Below, piece by piece: positions 1 to 12,799 of a stretch of 64,000 nt of DNA (the first letter of the stretch is position 1; each line of letters starts with the position of its first letter). The translations under genes were made by a program, and so were the position numbers. A model generated the notes under the pieces. That model ran no database searches. It saw only the letters and a program-made list of their open reading frames with translations, and was not told the origin of the DNA. The stretch is from Raillietiella orientalis (taxonomy: Eukaryota), in the NCBI GenBank assembly GCA_036172245.1, contig JAYWIR010000009.1, positions 2,170,001 through 2,234,000 of the forward strand. Direction: 5' to 3'.

Positions 1-560
1 CACAGGCGGCGAGGCACCCCTTTCTGATTGGACGCCCTTCCTCAGGTGGGCTCCTCGGTTTGTCAGCGGTCGCCCATTGGCACGAGGCAGCAGGTGAGCG
101 GCCGACGCGCGCGCCGGGAGATCCGCCGAGCAGAGAGAGCGCCGCGCCGAGCTGATGTCACCGAGCATCGCCTCCGGGGCTCCGGATTCTTCCCGATAGG
201 TCGTTCCTTTTCCATTCCTCTAGGAGGCGGGAAGCTTTCTTCTTCGTCTGGGAGGAGGGCGGGTGCTTCCGGGATCGCGAGGAGCTCCCCTCGGGGAGAA
301 AGGCGGACCCGGCAGACCCTGCTTCTGAGAGTGGGAGTGGGGTCGTCGAGTGTGGACCCATCCCAGCCCTCCGATTTTGGGGCGCCCTGCCCCTGCGGTC
401 GCGTTCCGGAAGCCTTGCCCAAACAGGGCAGCGCCCGCGCGCAGCCTCGTGGGGCTTCTGTGGTCCGCTTCGCCGTAGCCACCCTGCATCTCGGGCAGCG
501 CTTTGGGTCCTCCTCACGTGGACCATTGGCGTGCGGAACTTCAGGCGTCCCCTGAGAGAG
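1..560 (-). mobile_element. Possible degenerate L1/Tx1 LINE ORF2 fragment (pre-RT region)
   Basis: Minus-strand translation ...PALLPDEEESF...RPIGKNPEP loosely resembles the 'l..ee...l..gKsPGpDG' region preceding L1-clade RT; it sits among other LINE fragments. Weak. Confidence 0.3.
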
Positions 561-1049
561 CACCGCTCGCGTGCGCGCTCTCATGTGACCACTCCCGCTG
601 CGTCGGCGCATCCTCCGGAACGGTAGCAAGGATGGTCTGAGGGGACTTCGAGCTCCCGAGGACACATCCTGCTCGCTCTAAGGGCCCCAGGCGATTTTTC
701 TTGGGAGAGGCAGAAAAGGAAAGGGAAATCTTGTCCTCCAGGGTGGACTGAAATGAGGGTCCAACGGCCGCACGGGGATAAAGGCAGCCGAGTCTCCGCA
801 GGAAAGGAAACTCTCTGTTGAGGTTTCAGAAACAAGAGTGCTACCTCTTTGGGGCTGTAGCGCTCCAAAGAGACAGCAGGTGGTGCTTTCGGATGGGTAC
901 TGATTCTTGCAGGGAGTCCTCTGTTTCCTCCACCCCTTCTTCCTTATTTTCTGTTTTTCCCTCCCCATTTCTCTGTCTTCCCAGTTCCCTCACCTCCCTC
1001 AACTTCCCCCTTCGAAATCCTCCGCAGAGACTCAGAACGGCGGAGAGAG

Positions 1050-2400
1050 GTCACCAGGCCGGGGCATCGCGACGTGGGCGACTTGGCGCGAGCAGAAAGG
1101 TTGCGTGGGGGAGGCAAGGATTCTCATTCGCCCTCGCCGAACCCAGATGGTTCCCGTTTCCTGGCTGGAGTCTCGTCCTCAGCGCCGCCCTTCGCAGTTC
1201 GGAGGTTTGCGGGCGCCGCGGGAAGTTCGCTCGTTCTCTCGCCCTTTCCGGGCAACAGGTGTGGAGTCCGGGCGCCGTCGTGCTCCCGTGAAACTCCCTT
1301 TCCTCGTTCCCAAACACCTGACGGGATTGCGCAGGCGGCTTGCGGAGTTTTCCTTCCCCTCTCGACCTCGCGGGGTTGCTCCCGGTCCCGCTCAGTTTCC
1401 CGCCGCAGGTCTCGGATCGGGTTCGATTCGCTTCCCGGTTTTTCCTCCCGGCGGAAGGGAGTTGAGCGAGCTCTCGGTCCAAAGCAACTCCTCGGGCGCG
1501 CTGCTCCTCCTCGAGCGGGCGACTGGAAGACGCAGGCACGCGGCTGGCTGTAGCAGCTGACGCGCTCCCGGCGAAAACGCGCCGCGCGAGCCGAGCCTCG
1601 TGCTGAGGGTTCGCCCCCGGGAATCACGCGGGAGTGTGGACTCTCTCCGGCGGCGACGTTTCCAGTTGGATACGCGCGTGGTCTTTTGCTCGCGGAGGTG
1701 CCTTCTCATTAGTCATCCCGAACGTGCCTGAGTCCATTCTCCTGGAAGAGTCCCCATTGTGCTTCTGTGACCGCGAAGATAGAGTCCCGGGAGAAAGCGC
1801 TCCCCGAAAATGTCCTGGCACGCGCCTAAGAGTTCGTTCAAACTGGTCTTCCCCCTCCTCCGGTCTCGGAGGGGAAGGAGGGGGGATAGGAGAACGCGAA
1901 TCGGCGTTGCCAGAGCAACGGATTCCTTTCTGTGAAAGGTTTCTCCGAGAAGCACCAAGAATGATCCCGTGCTTCCCAGCTCGAAGATCTCCTTCCCAAC
2001 AACTCTTGCAAGGAGCTGCCGGCACAAAGGGTTACGCACCCGCGGGAAGGCCGGCAGCAGGCGTCTTAGCAACGGGAGAGCGCCGACTCGAGACTGCTCT
2101 TGCGGCGTCACAGGCCAATCGCCGAGAGATGAGGGGTTGCGCAGGGGAGAAGCTATCGCGACTCTCAGCGTGGGCGGAACGAAACGGAGGAGCACGATGG
2201 GCGCGAGGTGCTCCCTCCCCGTGCAGCTCTGGAATCCTCGCGGTGCCTCATCAGTCGGCAGTGCCGAACCCCGTGGGCGGGTCACTGTGACCTCCCGGTA
2301 CGGAGAGGTCAGCTCGCGCCCAACCCGTTCGAAAGACACTCTCCAGCCTCTTCCGGTTTCTGGGAAGCCCACCGTTGCCAGGTCCGACCCTCCTGTTGAA
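1050..2400 (-). mobile_element. Degenerate L1/Tx1 LINE ORF2 C-terminal fragment
   Basis: Frameshifted minus-strand peptides RNPLLW and WGLFQENGLRHVRD resemble the Tx1 post-RT 'plw.Np' and 'w...Gi..v.Dl' motifs; boundaries approximate. Confidence 0.45.
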
Positions 2401-2529
2401 ACGCACGTTTCGGGATCGTAGCGTCCCGCCTCCAGTCGCGAGAGGATAAGAATCCAAAAACACGCGATCAGCATCTTTCAAGTGTCTTCAGCGCGGGGTA
2501 GATGGGTGAGCGAATTTCAAGTACCCTAC

Positions 2530-2860
2530 ACTAGGAGCTCGGAGCGACGTCACGACCGACGGAGGAGATGCTGGGGAGAAGAGGTCGTGGAACCCGCTGC
2601 AGGTTCACCTCATTCATCCCGCCCGCTGCTTTGGACACTCCAGAGGAAGTCCTTGATCGAGCAAAGGTGCCTGTTTCCGCCATCGACGAGAAGGGAGGAA
2701 CTCTTTTCCCTACAGAGGGAAGGTTCCTTCCGTGTCCCGGTTCGTACGGAAAAGCTCCAGGAGCGACTGGCACGTACGGGGCTGAGGGATGAGAAGAGAA
2801 AGCCTGAAGAGGTGCCACGTTCCTCGAAGGGCAACTCGCTTGCTCCTCAGGTTTCACGAT
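2530..2860 (-). mobile_element. Degenerate L1/Tx1 RT fragment
   Basis: FEERGTSSGFLFSSL...FSVRTGTRKEPSL resembles KAFDrv...FLf..L...f.v..G.RQGcPLS; 2815-2858 is a diverged direct copy of 3438-3480. Confidence 0.4.
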
Positions 2861-2944
2861 CTTGATGAATTTTTAGTTGGCGAAGCACCAGCAGTAATCT
2901 CTGGTGGCACCTACAGCACCACTTTCTTCGGCCCGTTTTCTTTC

Positions 2945-3413
2945 GGAGCCTGCAAGGGAACCGCTTCTGTTTCCTCCCCTGAAGAGAACCCCGAAGGAAA
3001 GCTTCCGAAATTTCTCTGAGGAGCGCTTCCCGAAGGGAGCGGAGCGCTTCTTTGCACTCTGGAGAGGCATCGTCAACCAACCAGCTCCATGGTATGAGAC
3101 GGCGGGTCCATTCACGGGGGAGGGAACGTCTCCTTTGCACAACCGGAGGGGAGCGTCCACTCCTTGATTCCTGGAAGGACCCCTGAAGTCGACTCCCAAT
3201 CACGGCCACTCATCGGGGGCATCCAGTCTTAACCGCGCTACGAGTGCCACCGCACCCGAATGAATATAGGCCAACCAGCATCATCTTACGGGAGAAACTC
3301 GAACCCACGATGCACCCCCATCTCTCGGCGTCGATTCCTGCCGAGTATTCGGGTTCGCGACGCTTGGTGGTGCCACGCGCGGAGACTGTCACCACGTGGC
3401 CTCCGAGGCGGGC
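2945..3413 (-). mobile_element. tRNA-headed SINE copy (3' truncated)
   Basis: Reverse complement aligns by eye with 44626-45100: the head GCCCG..TCGGAGGCC..GTGGT..GTCTCCGCGCGTGGCACCACC and the tail block GGGAGTCGAC..GTCCTTCCAGGAATC. Confidence 0.7.
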
Positions 3414-3435
3414 TCTTCGACCCATTCTGATAAGC

Positions 3436-4190
3436 TTCCACGTTCCTCGAAGGACAACCCGTTCCCTTCTGAGGTTTCACAAAACTCAACGCTGATCACC
3501 TGGAAACAATTTCATCGTCAAAGTGAGTCGCAGCACCTGGCAACCGAGGAACGCTGCAGGGGCGGTCGATCGATAATGGTTCGCCACTATGGGGATTTGT
3601 CTGCGTCATTGCAACTTGGTGCGCATCATCACTGCGCCCCCATCCACTTCCTGGTTTTCCCTCCAAACGGCAGGCAGATTTCTTCCGTGCCCCGATCCAC
3701 CTGGAAAAGCGCCTGGCAACTGGCATTGTGAATCCACGGGGCGACTTGCCCGTGAGGTGAGAAGGGTCCGACAATCGGATACAACTGAAGATCCACAGCA
3801 GTCAGCTCTCGAGAGACGGAGGACAAGAGGCTGACTGCTGACCGCGGAGACCGAGGACGTGGCCCGGGAACTCTTCCCAGCTTCCGCACCTTCTGCGCAG
3901 GAGATCAACGTTGTCCCCCGTGCTGCGACACCTGGATGCGTCCGCAGTCCGCGAACCTGAGCCGTTCTCCGCGGAACGCTCTCGAAAGCGAGCTCTGTTC
4001 CAGGGGAAGGGAAGCCAAATACACCAAACTGCTGCAGGAGCTGTCAGGATGGAAATGCAAGTGCGGTTTCCAAGCCCGTTGCCCTTCATTCGACGCTAAA
4101 CTCCGCACGAGTTGAGGTGCAGAGTCTGCCTCAGTTGTCCTTCCTCCTTCGCTCTGACGGGAGGAGAGGTGACGATGGATAGGAGGCCGA
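3436..4190 (-). mobile_element. Degenerate L1/Tx1 RT N-terminal fragment
   Basis: Ordered motifs EGQLRQTL, GLGNRTCISILT (~NwRPIsLLn), RSTGDNVDLLR (~RsI.DN..l.r), SLLSSVSREL; 3835-3950 is an inverted paralogue of 7339-7450. Confidence 0.55.
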
Positions 4191-4367
4191 TGGTAACAGT
4201 AAAAAGTAGAGAAGTTGCTGCGCGGGAAGTTTTTTTGGTTTTGCCTTTAAAAAAATGGGGAGTGATGTGTTCATATAGCTGAGACGCCTGACCTTGGAAG
4301 AAGGACAGTGTTGAGAAGTATAACTGACTCGCCTGCACTTCCGTTGTCCGTTCCCTTACGGTCGCGT

Positions 4368-4570
4368 CCGATGCTGCGGTTCAGGATTGCTGCGGGCTCT
4401 CGACTTGACCGAGCTGCTTGCCGGACCACTGCTGGGAAGCATTCAAAGTTCCGCAGGGAAAAACACACACACGCACACGCATTCCCTGCCTTGAGATCGA
4501 GGAATGCCCGTTCAGTGCGAAGACCTGCCTCTGGGATTTCCAGCAGCCAGGCGGTTCACCTGGGATTCTG
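4368..4570 (+). mobile_element. L1/Tx1 ORF2 fragment, paralogue of 6739-6955
   Basis: Direct diverged repeat CCGATGCTGCGGTTCAGGA..TGCTGCGGG.TCTCGACTTG.CCGAGCTGC ... GCCTCTGGG.TTTCCAGCAGCCAGGCG. Confidence 0.55.
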
Positions 4571-5450
4571 ATGGCACGCATGGGAATGTCGCGATGACAT
4601 GCGATTCGAGCGGATGGTATAGAAGAAGATCGGGAAGAGTCGAACTGTGGATTGACCATCGACCCGACACGGGATGATGATTCGAGTGGCCAATTGAAAA
4701 AAGTGAAAAGCACGAGTAGGATTGCTGCGAACTGAGACGCGCTTATCATTCTTGCTGGGAGCACACGCCGATGAAGGAAGATGATCGCTTCGTGTCCTCT
4801 TCTCAGAGAGGTCTGCTTGAGATCGAGGATGCGATGCAGAGCCTGAAGGGGAGGGTGAGTAAGACAGGCCAAGGAAGGAATTCCAGATGGGGGTGGGACG
4901 GAGATCGGAAATAGACCAGGGTCTGCAAGGGCGGATAGAAAACAACTGGTGGACCGTTGCAGTGGTTGGCTGGTTGTGTGCAGGGAGGTGAGTGTGACAG
5001 AGGTGCACGCTGGGATGAGGGCTTTGGTTAATTCTAGAATTCTAACGTTTTTTGTTGTTTTACGAGCCGAGAAGTTTTTTTTGCTTAAGATTTACAATTT
5101 TACATCGCGTTACAAGAGGTGGACTTGCAGGATTCCTCATTTGGCCATCTGGGGCGCTCGTCGCCCCTCAGCCTGTTACTTCCTCAGCTTCTTGTCCTCC
5201 GTCCTTCGGGAGCTGACCTCTGGGTTTCTCCGTCTGCATCAGGCTCCTCGTGTGAAGTGGGCTGCGTAGATGTCTCTGGAGTACCGAATGCACTGCCATC
5301 TGCCAACGAATGACTTCCGCTTTATAGCAATTATCAATATTGATCTCCTACAAAGTACATGCTGATAAAAGGGACACTTTACTATCTAAGTATGTATGTA
5401 CTGTTTTCATGTACATTTATGAGTCTTCCGTTTCCACCCCTTTGTCGCGT

Positions 5451-5803
5451 ACCTTGGAGCTGGTTGATACTCCCTGGTGGATTGACTCTCCTGAGTATCA
5501 AGAAGAGCGTTGTCCCCTTCGGGGAGCGCGCCCTTCAGTTAAAATGGGGAAGCGTCCCTTCTGTGTCCTCTCTTTAGAGGGGGGAGCCCAGGAGCGGATC
5601 CTTTCGGGTTCCTTTCGGAGAAGAAACGAGGAGCCTTCCTGGATTCATGGAGTGGTACCTGCGGGTTGACCCCCTACAACTGGAAGAGTTACGCACCCTC
5701 AGGAGGTCTGGACAGTGTTAAAGAACTTCGTGAGTTCCTAGGCAAACGGTTCTTCAGTAATCAGCGAACTCCTCCCTCCCCTCCAAAAAAAAAAAAAAAA
5801 AAA
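5451..5803 (+). mobile_element. 5'-truncated SINE/LINE shared tail with poly(A)
   Basis: Contains the conserved CCTTCCTGGATTCAT (5634-5648) and other tail blocks matching 45000-45430 and the reverse of 51300-51870; ends in an A-run at ~5785-5803. Confidence 0.7.
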
Positions 5804-5999
5804 GAGCTGGAAAAAAAGCAGCGAAAACAGAAGAGCCCCAATAAATCTCCTCCACCCGGCGCGGAGCTAAGAATCGCAAAAAAAGATAAAACAAAATAAT
5901 GTAATCCTGTTGCTAATCAGTTGAGTCAGCAAGCGGATGGATCAGCCTGAGCACGTGCGTGTGGCTACTTCCGGTGACGTGTGTTTCGCGTGACGTGCA

Positions 6000-7460
6000 T
6001 GTATGTCTGCGAGTTTTTGAGTGCAGAAGAGGAACTCTTCGAGTGCAGGTCCGACTAGCTGTGGAAAGGACTGGAACGGTCATGGCCATTGGGAACGAGG
6101 AGAGCAGGCGCAGCGACGTCATCCTAGATGAATCGATCCAGGGATCGTGGCTACTTGAAGTTCAGGCTGCATGCCCGTGACGCAAGCAAGGAACCCTCCG
6201 TTCGCTTTGAATGGAAACGACGGCTGCGTCTGCAAAAAGAGGCATCCGGGATGCGCTCGCAAGGGAACACGATTGCACCTGAGCTGTGGGAGTCGCGGCA
6301 AAGTGAGGTTTCGAAGGCCAAGTGTCCCCAAGGGCGCACTTGAAGCACCCACGAGGAAGAAACTCTTCCCTAAAGCCCGCCCACAGAGCAGAGCGAGGCA
6401 AAGTGTGGATTCCCTTGCTTACGAAGCAGATGGACCCGTGTCCGGCGTTAGGAGCCATCGGGACGAGCTAATTCGGTAGAAACTCACAGCAAGAAATGGC
6501 GGGGCGGAACAGGACTTCTCCCTTGAGCAGTTGTCGACGCGGGGTCGCGCTGTACCGTCCCTGCTTCGGTACGGCACAGAATGAGATCCAATGACCATTC
6601 TCTCTCAACCCACACATTGGAAGGCAACCAGACGCCAAAGACTTCGCTTGCGGCGCGACTCCCGCGCGAAAGGATGTGGCAACGAAATCGCCGCTCCCGA
6701 GGGTCGCTGGAATTCTGATGGTAACACCCTAAGTTTCGCCGATGCTGCGGTTCAGGAAATGCTGCGGGTTCTCGACTTGGCCGAGCTGCATATTGGACCT
6801 CCTCTGGGAGGCAATCCGAAGTTCCGCAGGGAAAATACCCACCCACCCACGCACACCGCCTCTGGGCTTTCCAGTGGCGTCAGTTTCTGCCGAAGTATTC
6901 GAACCCGCAATGCATGGTGCTTTCCAGCAGCCAGGCGCGTCTTTTGGGATTCCGATCTGCACAAGGGAGAGTAGCACCCGATGGTACACATGGAAACGCC
7001 GCGTGACACGGCAGCACGCGACGGCAGAACACAGCAGTATGTAGTGGAGGAACAACACAGCATCACAGTTCCCAGAGAAGGAGATGCGACGGGATGCGAG
7101 GACGGCATGCAGAGGAGATACAACCACGTGTCACAACAGCACTCCAGAGAGGTACAGTGGTGCATCGTGGCAACGTGCCACTTGAATGAGAACGGAAACG
7201 AGATGCCCGAAGGTGTGGTGCGGAGACGTGGCAGAGGCACGGCGGTGTGTGCTTTCCAGAGCAAGAGCGTTCGTCCAAGAGGATTGCAGAGCCAGCATCC
7301 AAGGCATTCCCTGTTTCGCAGCCAACACCTTAGGTTGTGGACTGCAGGTGCATCCAGGAGTCGCAGCATTGGGGACAACGCTGATCTCCTGCGCAGGTGA
7401 GGAAGCTGGGAAGAGTATCCGGGTCACGTCCTCGGTCGACGCGGTCAGCAGACAAACCAC
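6000..7460 (+). mobile_element. Degenerate L1/Tx1 ORF2 (endonuclease end to RT start)
   Basis: Ordered frameshifted motifs SNDH (~APE SDH), GRWNSD, LLWEAIRSSAGKI (~lWEa.K..irG.i), RSIGDNADLLR, SSVDA. Confidence 0.55.
6875..6918 (-). mobile_element. 44-bp SINE-head fragment with 9-bp target-site duplication
   Basis: Matches 59161-59200. Flanked by GCTTTCCAG at 6866-6874 and 6919-6927; the paralogous site near 4535-4543 has a single GATTTCCAG and no insert. Confidence 0.75.
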
Positions 7461-7649
7461 TCTCGACAAATAAGGGAGTAAGGAGCAGGATTGAACAGGT
7501 CACCCTGAAATATGGAGTGTCAACAACTGGGCTGTTCCAGGAGCAGTTCGGCTAGCGGTTAGCAGCTCGAAGACTCAGAACAGACCTGGTTCTGGGATAC
7601 AGAGTGAAGTAGAGAAGGTCATCGTTCTATCTAACGTCGCCTGACCCTA

Positions 7650-8750
7650 TGAGTATCTAGAAGGCTCCAGAAGAGGCAAGATGGGGCACTTCGCCCGCAA
7701 AGGAATGTTCGGAACAGTCGGAGGTCTCTGAAAGTGGGGGGATCTCTTGGGTCCCTGGAAGCTAGGGATAGGGTGGGGTCCGCGACAACATTCCGGAAGC
7801 TCCGAAGAGCAGCAGGAGGAGTGTATCAAAAAAGGGGATCGTGCGATCAAGTGCCCAGTTTTATCGGACAGGAATGTCCTGATTGGGAGTGCAAACGATG
7901 CGTTCTCCGAGCGGAGCTGAAAACGAGCGCTTGTGACCAGAAACGCCATTGAGCTTTCGTGTCTGTTCCTCTCGCTCCAATCGTTTCCCGAGGGTTTCCC
8001 TCACTAGATCCTACAGCAGACAAAGTGGGCTCCTGTATCCCCCACGTGTTCGACTCCAGGGGGCCACCTTCCCTAAGGAACAGGAAGGGCAAGCGGTGGT
8101 CGATTGACGTGGTGGGAAATCCCTCTTCCGTCAGCAAAGCGCTGCTGTTTGCACGAAGGCTTTGTTTGCACAAAGCCTTCGTGCGAAGCATACGCGGGAT
8201 GCTCGGGATCTGGTCCTCAATCTCCGCAGTCGTGCGACTGCGAGCGTGGAATCTTGGATCGTCCCTCTTGAAGGATGCTCGCCTTCGGGAACCCATCCGG
8301 AGGTTCCAGCACGTCTCCTGGGAGCGCTCCATGTCGCCGCATGTCGTTTCCTTTCTGAGGTTCCCGGATCTCCTTCCTTACATTTCAGCCCCTTCGTCAC
8401 CTCGCCGTCTCCTGTATACCAAGCTCCAGGGGCTCTTACGGAGCCCTCCGCTGCCTGTGGAGTCAGCGGTCCCTCATCGGGTTCAACAGGACGCCTGGAC
8501 TTACGAGTATCTAGAAGACTCCGGAAGAGCCAAGATGGGAGAAGAGTGGCAGGCGCTTCGCCTGCCAAAGAATGCTCGGAGCAGTAAGAGAATGCTCATT
8601 TGCAACCAGGGGATGCGGTTACTGGGGTTCCAAGGATCAGCAGGCGGGGTGTACTAGAAGGAAGAGGCGGGATGGACCACCCGGCGTCCTGGAGATGGGG
8701 TGCTTCGAGACGACGGGACGGTGGCCACGCTTCTGGACATCTCTGGCTCT
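7650..8750 (-). mobile_element. Degenerate L1/Tx1 ORF2 C-terminus (zf-RVT region)
   Basis: LLRAFFG..LALP, then QWRFWSQAL...HRLHSQSGHSCP, resembling the zf-RVT 'Wr..h.aL.....r.h......Cp' motif. Confidence 0.5.
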
Positions 8751-10080
8751 TCCGAGCTTACGTGAGCGGCGTGAGAATGGAGGGTCGATCCACCTCTCCT
8801 CCACGAGTAATCTCCGCTACTGCGGGCGCAACCGTGGTAGGATATCGAGAATTGTGGGGACGTGGAAAGTTACCAACTGTTAGCGGGATCGGAAATCGAG
8901 AAGAGAAGGCAGAAACACACCGGGAAACGAATGGCATGCTTTCGAATATCCGATGTTCTCGAGATCTATGCTGCATGGACGACTGCTAGTCGGGGAAGAG
9001 TCTTCGAAATCGCAGGACGAGCTGAAAAGACACACGCAAGAAAAAAAGGATGCATTCGTTTGCGCCCCCTTTTTCCAGCATCGGTGCGCTTAGTGGAACT
9101 CTGAGGTGGGTTGCGCAGACTATTGTCACCTTCTGCAAAAGAAATCGGATGCTTCAGATTGGATCTTCAAGCACAGGTCGAAAGGTTGCCTCCCCATGTG
9201 TGCAAGAATAAGGTGCGAAAAGCATGGATTCTCGCATATCGGGCGTTCGCAAAAAAAGGGCATGGCCGGCCCATGCCCTGCTCTGATGTGTTCAAAGCCT
9301 TCTTCTCAGGCTGCATCTCAAGAAGATGTATTTAGCCCTTTGGATGCGGAGCTCATCAGATTTAAACGTTCTGTTTGTCACCCGGGTGCGCCGGGGCGTT
9401 TATTGCAAAACTATCCGGGAACCGAGTTCCCGGACAAAGGACACAGAAGAGAAGAAGGGGGGGAGGGATCCCCGACACGCAGGTCGGTATACCGAAAGTC
9501 CGGAACGGGAGGGAGGGGACCACAAATACACTTATAAGGAAAAAATAAAGTTACGGGAGGGTAGAGGACAGGGTTTAAACGTTCTGTGTTGAGGCACGCG
9601 TGTCGCAGTTGCGACCTCTGGGGAAGGAATGCTTTTTCGCGTACTGCGTGCTCCGTCCGACTGACTATAGAAAAAGCTGATTAAAGTCACTACCAGAATC
9701 GTTTGTTTACACCACATTGAATAAAATATCTTCATTTTTCCCAAATATATATTATTTATTTAAAAGTTATGATTCCAGTAAAATCAGCAATTCATTTGGT
9801 ACTGGACACAACTATAAAATCATGCCGTTCTCGTTTTTTCAGAGAGGTGACTGTGAGAAACTGAGGATCGTTAGCCGATATAAGCAGAATTTTGTTTACT
9901 GAGGTAATTATAAGAACTCGAATGCATGCGTCCATCTCAAAACTTTGACGGTGTTCACTCATGCCGCGAGGTAAAAAAAAAAGCATTTGCCAAACGCATG
10001 CATGAGTCCACTCAGTCCACGCCGAGAATTTTCTCCCAACTCTTCTAAGCGTCCATAGAGTACTCCGATGGTTTTCGTTA

Positions 10081-10116
10081 GACGCACATATGCGTCCACG
10101 GCACTCAAAGGGTTAA
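10081..10116. mobile_element. piggyBac-like terminal remnant
   Basis: GACGCACATATGCGTC near-palindrome followed by GGCACTCAAAGGG-TTAA, the usual piggyBac end architecture; the partner end was not found. Confidence 0.45.
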
Positions 10117-12799
10117 GAACGAGCACCGCAGGGTTGAATCCTGTGCGTAGAAATATGAGCCGGTGCTCAGCGAGCAAGAGCTTGAAACGAGGTCACAGAG
10201 GATGATGGCACATCCTCCGCCTGAAACCGCACTCTTCCGTTCGCGGTGCACCGTCTGCGCAGCTGACAACGTGGCCGCATGCCGGGAAGGCGTTCCTTCG
10301 ACTTTCCCACAGAACAGGAACGGGAAATACATCCCCGCAAATACAGTACCACCCCTGTACAATGCGCTTTCGCGTGACGTGGCGAAAAAGTGGGGACGAT
10401 CACCGTACGACACGGTGGATCAGCCCTGTATAACTCTGTGAATAAATTTCGATTCTGTGGTGAGGTGTCAGTTGAGCTTCCTTTAAAAAGGGTGCCATCT
10501 GAGCGATTTGAATTGCATTCCCCCCCCTCACCCTCCTCAGATCGGTGCCGTGAACGAAACAGAGGAAGGAGCTGGCCACAGCAGCTCGGCAGTGGCTGGG
10601 CGTCTGGGTGAAGAGAGAGACCAGTCATGACGGGGATTTGGGCCTTTGTTCGAAGACAAAAGAATGTGGAACATTTGGAAGGACTTCGTTCTTTACCATA
10701 GGACTGACCTCCCCGTGTCACAGTAGCAGGGAAGGTTAAGAGCTAATTACTCATACGACGGGAATGCACGCATTAAATTTGGGATTTCATGATGCTTTGG
10801 CTGTCAGTAACAATTCTTACATGCGATTTGTTATTGGCCCATGCAGTGAGATGCGCGTCAATTTTAAGCACAGAGACGTTGTATTTAATTTTGATTATAA
10901 GGAAAAAATGTGATTTAATAATTGTTAAAGAATTTTGCTGATTACGTGTTAGCAGTCGCGGTCAAAAGTAAAAGGTGAATTCATGCAGACATCTCTTTAT
11001 GTAACGGAATTGTAGGTGCCGCCATTCTCATCTCCGGGAAAGCCCTCCACGGAGACTCGAAACGCAACCTCACGACCCCCTACGAGAAAACGGGACATCC
11101 GCTTCCGCTCCTTCTGTCATTCCCACAGCAGTCTTCGGGAAGGAATGGCATTGGAAATTCCTCCCCCAGAAACCATCGAGCGGTGGGGAGGAGGAACCTC
11201 GAGGCTCGCATTTCGAGCCGCGACGGGCAGCTCCCATCTCGAAACGACCCTCCTCGGACCAGAGCAGATGCCGTGCGGGCAGGCAGTCCCAGCCTCAGCG
11301 TTCTTGTCCGTCGCGGAAGATGCATCCTCCCCGAGCAAACGGAAGGTCCTGTCGCGGAGGTCCGCCTTCGAACCGAGAGAGTCAAGAGTGTGGTCACTCG
11401 CCTCAGCGAAACGGACCGGACCTTCCGCCACCGCTGGCCGACAAGACCCCACGGCAGTCCATCCCGCTCCAGCCACGTGGCCAGACTGCCGCATCGGCGG
11501 GTGGCTGGACGGTTGCGCGGCGCCGTGGCGTCTGCTCGGCGAGCTGCCGCCTCAGGCTCAGGGGAGCTGACACCGGCCTCGGCCGGAGGAGCGGCAACGA
11601 GCGACCGGCACGCTTTGCGCTCATCGCAGCTGACCCCATTCGGAAAGAGCGGTCGTGAGCCACTCTCTGACCAGAGGCGTTCGCTCGAACGAGCCACTTC
11701 CAGAGGAGACGGCGCTGTGCGAAGAGTCTTTGCTCGGTCCTGAAGATGGACGGAGCTCGAGCATCCAGAGCCGGGATCGACACGGTCGTTCCTGCCTTCC
11801 GGCGTTCCGTCGGAGTAGGACCTTCCGTCGGGCAGATGGGTCGTGGCAGTGCTCGGAGACGGTTTCGGGCTCGAAGTGCCTGGAACCGCTGTCGGTCCAC
11901 ACCTTACTGGTGGCAGCATGCACGTATGATATCCCGGAGGTCTGATGCTGAGGACGGGTACATGGAGGGCAGTTTCTGAGCTTGTCCACTACTGCGGGCC
12001 GCAAGTCCCCGAGGAAAAGCATCTTTCAGGGGAAGCGGGTGGGTGGGAGGTAGACGGCTTCTGGTGATTTCCGAGGATGAGGAGCGCACTTGGGTTCCCG
12101 TGGTTATTCTTCGTAGGGAGCTCGGCCCGGCATGTTTTTTTTTTTTTCTTTCTTCTTCACAGCTCTCATCCACGCGAAGAAGTGGTGGATTGCTAAACTG
12201 CTAAACTTGCCTTTTGGTTTCCATAGAACCATTCGCCTTGTCTTCCAGTTCATCTTATTTTGCGTTTCCTCTGATAAGCGTAGGTGGTGCTGTAATCGCT
12301 TTTCGCATTGTACAGTACCGATTGCACTATTTACAAAAGCTGCATGTACAAATGAGCTCCACACCGGGTGAGTTTCTCGTTTTCTAAATCCCTGCGCTAA
12401 GAATGGATGCCTTTTCCCCAGTAAGTGCTGGACCGTTCCCGGAAGGTCACGTCATTCACTGATGGCAATCCTTCTTTAGCAGGCTTTTCAACTACCTCTT
12501 TTGTTGCTGTCCATTTTTCCATTTTCAATGTTCCTCCTCCTGATTGAGACGGCCGCAACGAAGGGCGCCAAGTTCATCTTGGTTTTGGAGCATTCGCTTT
12601 CGAAGTTGCTGCTCAGCAACGGACTGGTGCTTCCCTCTACCCGGTCGGCCTTCCTGAAGATGCGCATCCTGGATCCCCATCTTTCAAGAAGATGAGATTT
12701 ACCTGAATCGCAGACCCATGATACCCTCAAGCACCGTCATTCCTGTCATCTGCTTCCTTTCTGACTAGCACCAACAGTGTCATGTGCTTCCTCCGTTAG

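Noticed and set aside
5666..5760. SGGLDS (PP-loop-like) peptide in the repeat tail
   Set aside because: The frame is not preserved among copies; it lies in a non-coding 3' tail.
11000..11950. Possible LINE endonuclease remnant (ASDHTL, minus strand)
   Set aside because: Only the SDH tripeptide is recognisable.
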